Origin: an uncultured Collinsella sp.
Lineage (GTDB): Bacteria > Actinomycetota > Coriobacteriia > Coriobacteriales > Coriobacteriaceae
Length of the DNA stretch: 42,561 nucleotides
NCBI GenBank assembly: GCA_900542895.1
Contig: UQPL01000001.1
Coordinates: 1 to 42,561 of the forward strand
Direction: 5' to 3'
In this document: one piece after another, positions 38,151-42,561 of the stretch
Layout of the letters: each line of letters begins with the position of its first letter
Numbering within the stretch: the stretch's first letter is position 1
The notes under the pieces: model-generated
What the model was told of the DNA's origin: nothing
Seen by the model: only the letters and a program-made list of their open reading frames with translations
Database searches by the model: none
Program-made: the position numbers and the translations under genes

Positions 38151-39929
38151 ATGGACGAAAAGACCAAGGCACAGATTCAGCAGGAGGCCGCCGACCTGGT
38201 TGCCAAGCTGCAGCCGCGTTCCGGCAAGTTCCGCACCATCAGCCCCGAGATGGACCCGCTGCGTCTGGGGTCTGGCTGGACCATCGAGGATCTGGACAAG
38301 CCGCAGGTCATTATCGAGTCGACGTTTGGCGACTCGCACCCGGGTTCTGCTGGCCTGTTTGAGCTGGTCGAGGAGGTCCGTGCTGGCGTTGCCGAGGCTG
38401 GTGGCCACGGTGCCCGTTACTTCTGCACCGATATCTGCGACGGCGAGGCCCAGGGCCACGATGGCATCAACTACTCGCTGCCCAGCCGCGACATGATCGC
38501 CAACATGATCGAGATTCATGCCAAGGCCACCCCGTTCGACGCCGGCGTCTTTGTCGCCAGCTGCGATAAGGGCCTGCCTGCGAACCTCATGGCCATGGGC
38601 CGCATCAACATCCCCTCCATTGTCGTTACCGGCGGTGTCATGGATGCCGGTCCCGACCTGCTGACCCTGGAGCAGCTCGGCGCTATCTCGGCCCGCTACG
38701 AGCGCGGCGAGATCTCCCGCGAGGAGCTCGAGTTCGCCAAGCACAACGCCTGCCCCAGCTGCGGCGCCTGCTCCTTTATGGGCACCGCCTCGACCATGCA
38801 GGTTACCGCCGAGGCCCTGGGCCTCATGCTCCCCGGTACCGCCCTGCTGCCCGCTACCAGCTCCGACCTGCGCGAGTTTGCTCGCAAGGCCGGCCGCCAG
38901 TCCGTGTGGCTCTCCGAGCACAACCTGTGCCCGCGCGACATCGTGACCAAGGAGTCCTTCGAGAACCTCATCATGGTCCACGGCGCCATCTCCGGTTCCA
39001 CCAATTCGCTGCTGCACATCCCCGCGATCGCCCGCGAGTTTGGCATCGAGATGTCCGCCGACGATTTCGATCGCCTGCACCGTGGCGCCCACTACCTGCT
39101 CAACGTTCGCCCCGCAGGCGAATGGCCGGCGCAGTTCTTCTACTATGCAGGTGGCGTGCCGCGCATCATGGAGGAGATCAAGTCGATGCTTCACCTCGAT
39201 GTCATGACCGTCACCGGCAAGACTCTCGGCGAGAACCTTGAGGATCTCAAGAACAACGGCTACTACGAGAAGTGCGGTCGTTACCTTGAGAAATGGAATC
39301 TCAAGCGCGAGGACATCATCCGTCCGTTTGACCAGGCTTTTGGTACCGACGGCTCTATCGCCATCCTCCACGGCAACCTTGCCCCCGAGGGCGCCGTTGT
39401 CAAGCACACCGTCGTCCCGCGCGAGATGTTCCAGGCTACGCTCAAGGCCCGTCCGTTCGATTGTGAGGAGGACGCTATCCACGCCGTCCTGACGCACGAG
39501 ATCAAGCCCGGTGACGCCGTCATCATTCGTTATGAGGGCCCCAAGGGTTCCGGTATGCCCGAGATGTTCTACACCACCGAGGCTATCGCCAGCGACCCCG
39601 AGCTGGGCGCGAGCATTGCCCTGATCACTGACGGCCGCTTCTCCGGCGCCTCCAAGGGCCCGGCTATCGGTCACGTTTCGCCCGAGGCTGCCGTGGGCGG
39701 TCCGATTGCCCTGATCGAGGAGGGCGACCTGATCCAGATCAACATCCCCGAGCGCTCGCTGTCCATCGTGGGCATCGCCGACAAGGAGATGGAGCCGGCC
39801 GAGGTCGACGCCATCCTGGCCGAGCGCCGAGCCGCTTGGAAGCCCAAGGCTAATCGCTATACCTCCGGCACGCTCAAGTTCTTTACCGAGCATGCGGTTT
39901 CCGCCATTCAGGGCGGCTACATGGAGTAG
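38151..39929 (+). CDS. IlvD/Edd-family dehydratase, probably a sugar-acid dehydratase
   Basis: ICDG, SCDK, CGACSFMGTASTM, GSTN, RYEGPKGSGMPEM, LITDGRFSGAS, GHVSPEA; follows GntP. Confidence 0.9.
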   Translation: MDEKTKAQIQQEAADLVAKLQPRSGKFRTISPEMDPLRLGSGWTIEDLDKPQVIIESTFGDSHPGSAGLFELVEEVRAGVAEAGGHGARYFCTDICDGEAQGHDGINYSLPSRDMIANMIEIHAKATPFDAGVFVASCDKGLPANLMAMGRINIPSIVVTGGVMDAGPDLLTLEQLGAISARYERGEISREELEFAKHNACPSCGACSFMGTASTMQVTAEALGLMLPGTALLPATSSDLREFARKAGRQSVWLSEHNLCPRDIVTKESFENLIMVHGAISGSTNSLLHIPAIAREFGIEMSADDFDRLHRGAHYLLNVRPAGEWPAQFFYYAGGVPRIMEEIKSMLHLDVMTVTGKTLGENLEDLKNNGYYEKCGRYLEKWNLKREDIIRPFDQAFGTDGSIAILHGNLAPEGAVVKHTVVPREMFQATLKARPFDCEEDAIHAVLTHEIKPGDAVIIRYEGPKGSGMPEMFYTTEAIASDPELGASIALITDGRFSGASKGPAIGHVSPEAAVGGPIALIEEGDLIQINIPERSLSIVGIADKEMEPAEVDAILAERRAAWKPKANRYTSGTLKFFTEHAVSAIQGGYME

Positions 39930-39968
39930 CGCCCGTGCGCATCGATTCCCTCTCATAGATGTGCGGCA

Positions 39969-40006
39969 CAAAGAGCCCCGAGTTCATGCGAGCTCGGGGC
40001 TCTTTG
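39969..40006. terminator. Terminator after the dehydratase (possibly bidirectional)
   Basis: CAAAGAGCCCCGAG / CTCGGGGCTCTTTG. Confidence 0.8.
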
Positions 40007-40031
40007 CGCCTAGATTGGGGACGCATAGCCG

Positions 40032-40158
40032 GACGAAAACAATTTGCGTCTGGTAATAAGCGTACGAAAGCGCAATTTACGTCTTAATTCCGGACGCAAA
40101 TCAAGACGAAAACCGTTTACGTCTGCTTTAAATCCGTACGAAAACGGTTTTCGTCTTG
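40032..40158. repeat. Array of four related ~20-bp imperfect palindromes
   Basis: GACGAAAACAATTTGCGTCT (40032), TACGAAAGCGCAATTTACGTCT (40063), GACGAAAACCGTTTACGTCT (40105), TACGAAAACGGTTTTCGTCT (40137). Confidence 0.7.
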
Positions 40159-40175
40159 CAGGGCAGTTGCCGTTT

Positions 40176-41267
40176 CTACAGTTCAACTTCCAGTTCGGCT
40201 TTGTGTTCGTAGAGGTAGTCGCGCATGTAGGGGATGGCAAATGAGACCTTGCCGTACGAAGGAGCCTCGATAATCGATTCTCTTAACAGGCGGCTGCGGA
40301 CGGAGCTCACCTGTTGAGGCGTTTTGTTTAGGGCATCGGCAACCATGCTGGTCGAGCTCGTCTGCCCCAAAGACGCCATGCTCAGCAGATAAGCGATGCA
40401 CGTGGGCGGAATGCGCTGCAGCGCGGGCTCAATCACCATGGCGCAGAAGCGTTCGCGTGCCGTTGCAATGCCACGCTCGGCTTCTTCTTCTCCAATAATC
40501 GCTGTGTGCGCGCGTCTTGCCAACTGCCATGCGTAGTATCCAACGAGTTGGATCATGAAAGGATAGCCTTGCGTTGCCTCGGCAAGTTGGCCGGCAATAC
40601 CTGGCTGCAACTCCATGCCAGACGCTTCAATGGTTTCCTCGAGGGAGTACGACACTTCGGTTACTGCCACAGCCTTCAGATCAAAGGGGAGGGCACGGCG
40701 CAAAAACGTAAGTGTCTTTCCGTTGATGATGCTTTCAATCATCGAAGGCAGCCCAGCAAAAACAAAGGCGATATCAAGGTCTTCGCCGATAACCTGCTGA
40801 ATCGCAATGGAGAGCGTTCGGACCTCATCGAGCTCTGCGTCTTGAACCTCGTCGAGAGTGATGAGCAGGCCATTTCCATTCTTGGATATTGTCTGTCTCA
40901 TGGCGTCGCGTAGCGATGGGCCGATTCGCTCAATATCTATGCTGCCGATGGATATGCCAGCTACGGTGGGCTCAAATCTGGCGTGTTTGGCCTGGAATTT
41001 GGGCTGCAGCTGTTCGAGAATGCGCTGGCAAAGTCCCTCGGTTGCGACCTCTTTTATGACCGTCCAGCCGCGGCTTTGCGCCAAACGTGAGCACTCGTCA
41101 AGGAGGACCGTCTTGCCCGTTCCACGGACGCCGGCTATGCGCATTAGGCGCCCCGGGGCACCAGGCCCGTTGACGAGGCCCTCATTGAATTCTTCGAGCA
41201 CATCTTCGCGGCCGATAATCGTGGGAGGTGTTTTACCTGCTGTGGGCTTAAAAGGGTTTGTTTGCAT
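40176..41267 (-). CDS. AAA+/P-loop ATPase with probable C-terminal winged-helix domain, function unknown
   Basis: NPFKP...IIGRE, Walker A GVRGTGKT, Walker B ITLDEVQ, TQGYPFMIQL, C-terminal VADAL...VRSRLLRESII...GKVSF; AAGGTGG RBS before ATG 41267. Confidence 0.85.
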   Translation of the reverse strand: MQTNPFKPTAGKTPPTIIGREDVLEEFNEGLVNGPGAPGRLMRIAGVRGTGKTVLLDECSRLAQSRGWTVIKEVATEGLCQRILEQLQPKFQAKHARFEPTVAGISIGSIDIERIGPSLRDAMRQTISKNGNGLLITLDEVQDAELDEVRTLSIAIQQVIGEDLDIAFVFAGLPSMIESIINGKTLTFLRRALPFDLKAVAVTEVSYSLEETIEASGMELQPGIAGQLAEATQGYPFMIQLVGYYAWQLARRAHTAIIGEEEAERGIATARERFCAMVIEPALQRIPPTCIAYLLSMASLGQTSSTSMVADALNKTPQQVSSVRSRLLRESIIEAPSYGKVSFAIPYMRDYLYEHKAELEVEL

Positions 41268-41283
41268 GTGAGCCACCTTTGCT

Positions 41284-41390
41284 CAAGATATAGCAAGATA
41301 TAGCAAAGTATAGCAAGATATAGCAAAGTATAGCAAGATATAGCAAAGTATAGCAAGATATAGCAAAGTATAGTGAGATATAGCAAAGTA
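41284..41390. repeat. Tandem array of alternating 10-mers TAGCAAGATA/TAGCAAAGTA (five 20-bp units plus a partial unit)
   Basis: Read directly at 41291-41390; one variant unit TAGTGAGATA at 41371. Confidence 0.95.
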
Positions 41391-41418
41391 AGCGCTACTC
41401 GCGGGTTTTGCGGTGGTG

Positions 41419-42099
41419 CTATTTTCCAAATGCCGCGCGGATAAAGCGCTGGGCGAACAGCTTGTTGGCGACGTTGATGACATGGCCCAGGAACAGTGCC
41501 GAGATGGCGGTCGTGACGCCAAAGCCGCCCAGGTTGTACATAAAGATCAGCGACAACGCGAGCGAGGCGGCGACATGTGAGCAGTCAAACACGACTTTTA
41601 CGTCACCAAAGCGGCGTTTAAGCTTTTCGGCAATGACTTGCACCAAGCCGTCGGGCGCGTTGGGGACAACGCCCATGTTGACGACGAGACTTACGCCAAA
41701 TGCGGTGACAGCGAGGGAGAGCAGCATGGTCGCAATCTGTGTGGGGAGTGCCGTGGGATGCAGTGGGTTGACCGCCATGAAGAGGTCGGTCAAGCCGCCA
41801 ATCAGCGTTGAGAAGAACAACTCGAGCAGGATGCGCGGCTGGAACTCGCTTCGCAAGATGGCTAATTGCGCCACGATGTAGGCGACGTAGGTTGCGGTGA
41901 TCCAAAAGCCGAGCGTCTTGCCAGTGAGCATGGATAGGGTTGTGGCAAAGCACGTGAGCGCGGCGACGCCCAGGCCGGATGCCGTCTGGAGGCTCATACC
42001 GAGTGCCAGTACTGCAACGCCCACCAGATACATCAGCATTCTGATGACGGTATGGCACCAGTCGATGTTCTCGCCATGCATGATGATGAGCGGTCGCAT
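41419..42099 (-). CDS. YczE/YyaS/YitT-family membrane protein
   Basis: LMYLVGVAVLALG...SGLGV, TLGFW, PNAPDGLV, FGDVKVVFD, GVTTAISALFLG; GAAAGGA RBS upstream. Confidence 0.82.
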   Translation of the reverse strand: MRPLIIMHGENIDWCHTVIRMLMYLVGVAVLALGMSLQTASGLGVAALTCFATTLSMLTGKTLGFWITATYVAYIVAQLAILRSEFQPRILLELFFSTLIGGLTDLFMAVNPLHPTALPTQIATMLLSLAVTAFGVSLVVNMGVVPNAPDGLVQVIAEKLKRRFGDVKVVFDCSHVAASLALSLIFMYNLGGFGVTTAISALFLGHVINVANKLFAQRFIRAAFGK

Positions 42100-42124
42100 G
42101 TTGCTACCCGTCCTTTCGGTTGTG

Positions 42125-42360
42125 TGAAAAAGCTGACCCGGGCCGGCAAAAGAGGGTTATCGGAGGCGCTGCTGCAAAAGCAGAAAAGCCGGCCCCACGG
42201 TCAGTCGTCTAGGAAGTGTCTCGCTGTGCCGGAATGGGACTAAAGGTCCAACGAGACGGGAAGAAAGCAAATGGCATTGCGTGGGCGATAAGATGCCAAG
42301 ATGGTAGGGTGCGTCTTAGCATCCTATTGCCCACGCTCAACGAAATCGGTTTCGTTTGAG
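42125..42360 (-). promoter_or_regulatory. Long structured upstream region of the YczE-like gene
   Basis: Four consecutive stem-loops between a -10-like TATACT (complement of 42365-42370) and the RBS. Confidence 0.4.
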
Positions 42361-42410
42361 CCTAAGTATACGCACGGGATTTTATTTGCGAAGAGAAAAA
42401 CAATAAAAAG

Positions 42411-42422
42411 GTGAACGTTCAC
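42411..42422. promoter_or_regulatory. GTGAACGTTCAC operator near the right edge
   Basis: Perfect copy, extended AGGTGAACGTTCACCT. Confidence 0.8.
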
Positions 42423-42447
42423 CTAATCGCAACAACTCGTTGGCTGT

Positions 42448-42506
42448 AGTTGCGGTGGAATAGTTCCTGTTTTTGCTGCTGAAGGCCTTGAACAGGAACT
42501 ATTCCA
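42448..42506 (+). repeat. Second copy of the 31700 hairpin element
   Basis: AGTTGCGGTGGAATAGTTCCTGTT...AACAGGAACTATTCCA; aligns without gaps to 31700-31758. Confidence 0.65.
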
Positions 42507-42561
42507 GGTTGATTTCCGATCTCAGCCGAACACATTGAGCAAATAGGCCATTCCCGCAGTT

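Noticed and set aside
38151..39929. Calling the dehydratase ilvD
   Set aside because: The context is GntP/GntR with no ilv genes; the family is certain but the substrate is not.
41284..41390. Possible CRISPR array
   Set aside because: Contiguous 10-bp units with no unique spacers and no cas genes.
41144..41522. Hydrophobic ORFs with LCYILLY / AISCYTL repeats
   Set aside because: Translations of the tandem repeat; no RBS, and they overlap real genes. A small peptide cannot be fully excluded.
42236..42249. GGGACTAAAGGTCC resembling a DosR/DevR box
   Set aside because: Single imperfect copy inside a hairpin; no cognate regulator in view.
42209..42322. 37-codon minus-strand upstream ORF (MLRRTLPSWHLIAHAMPFAFF...) as a leader peptide
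   Set aside because: Weak RBS and no clear regulatory codon run; needs conservation or ribosome profiling.

Overview
GC-rich chromosomal window whose gene style suggests a gut Coriobacteriia (Collinsella-like) host; this is an inference, not a search result. From left to right: the 5' part of larB, serB and aspS; a LacI-controlled ebgA-ebgC-ygjI-like beta-galactosidase operon; an orphan HPr; a feoA-feoA-feoB-Cys-rich iron uptake locus. Next comes a ~21 kb pectin/oligogalacturonide locus: LacI, uxaC-uxaB-uxaA, GPH/MFS transporter, GH28, a frameshifted esterase, a CE8-alpha/beta-hydrolase fusion, an SGNH esterase, GH105, a TIM-barrel protein and DhuI/DhuD-like enzymes, tied together by a repeated GTGAACGTTCAC operator. 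Two flavo-Fe-S oxidoreductases are embedded in it. The right end holds a GntR-GntP-IlvD/Edd sugar-acid module, an AAA+/winged-helix ATPase bracketed by a 10/20-bp tandem array upstream and a palindrome array downstream, and a YczE-like membrane gene with a structured leader. The intergenic regions hold several unexplained long inverted-repeat elements, including two dispersed copies of one hairpin with compensatory substitutions. I saw no rRNA, tRNA, CRISPR array or transposase. All calls come from motif recognition by eye; no database search was run.
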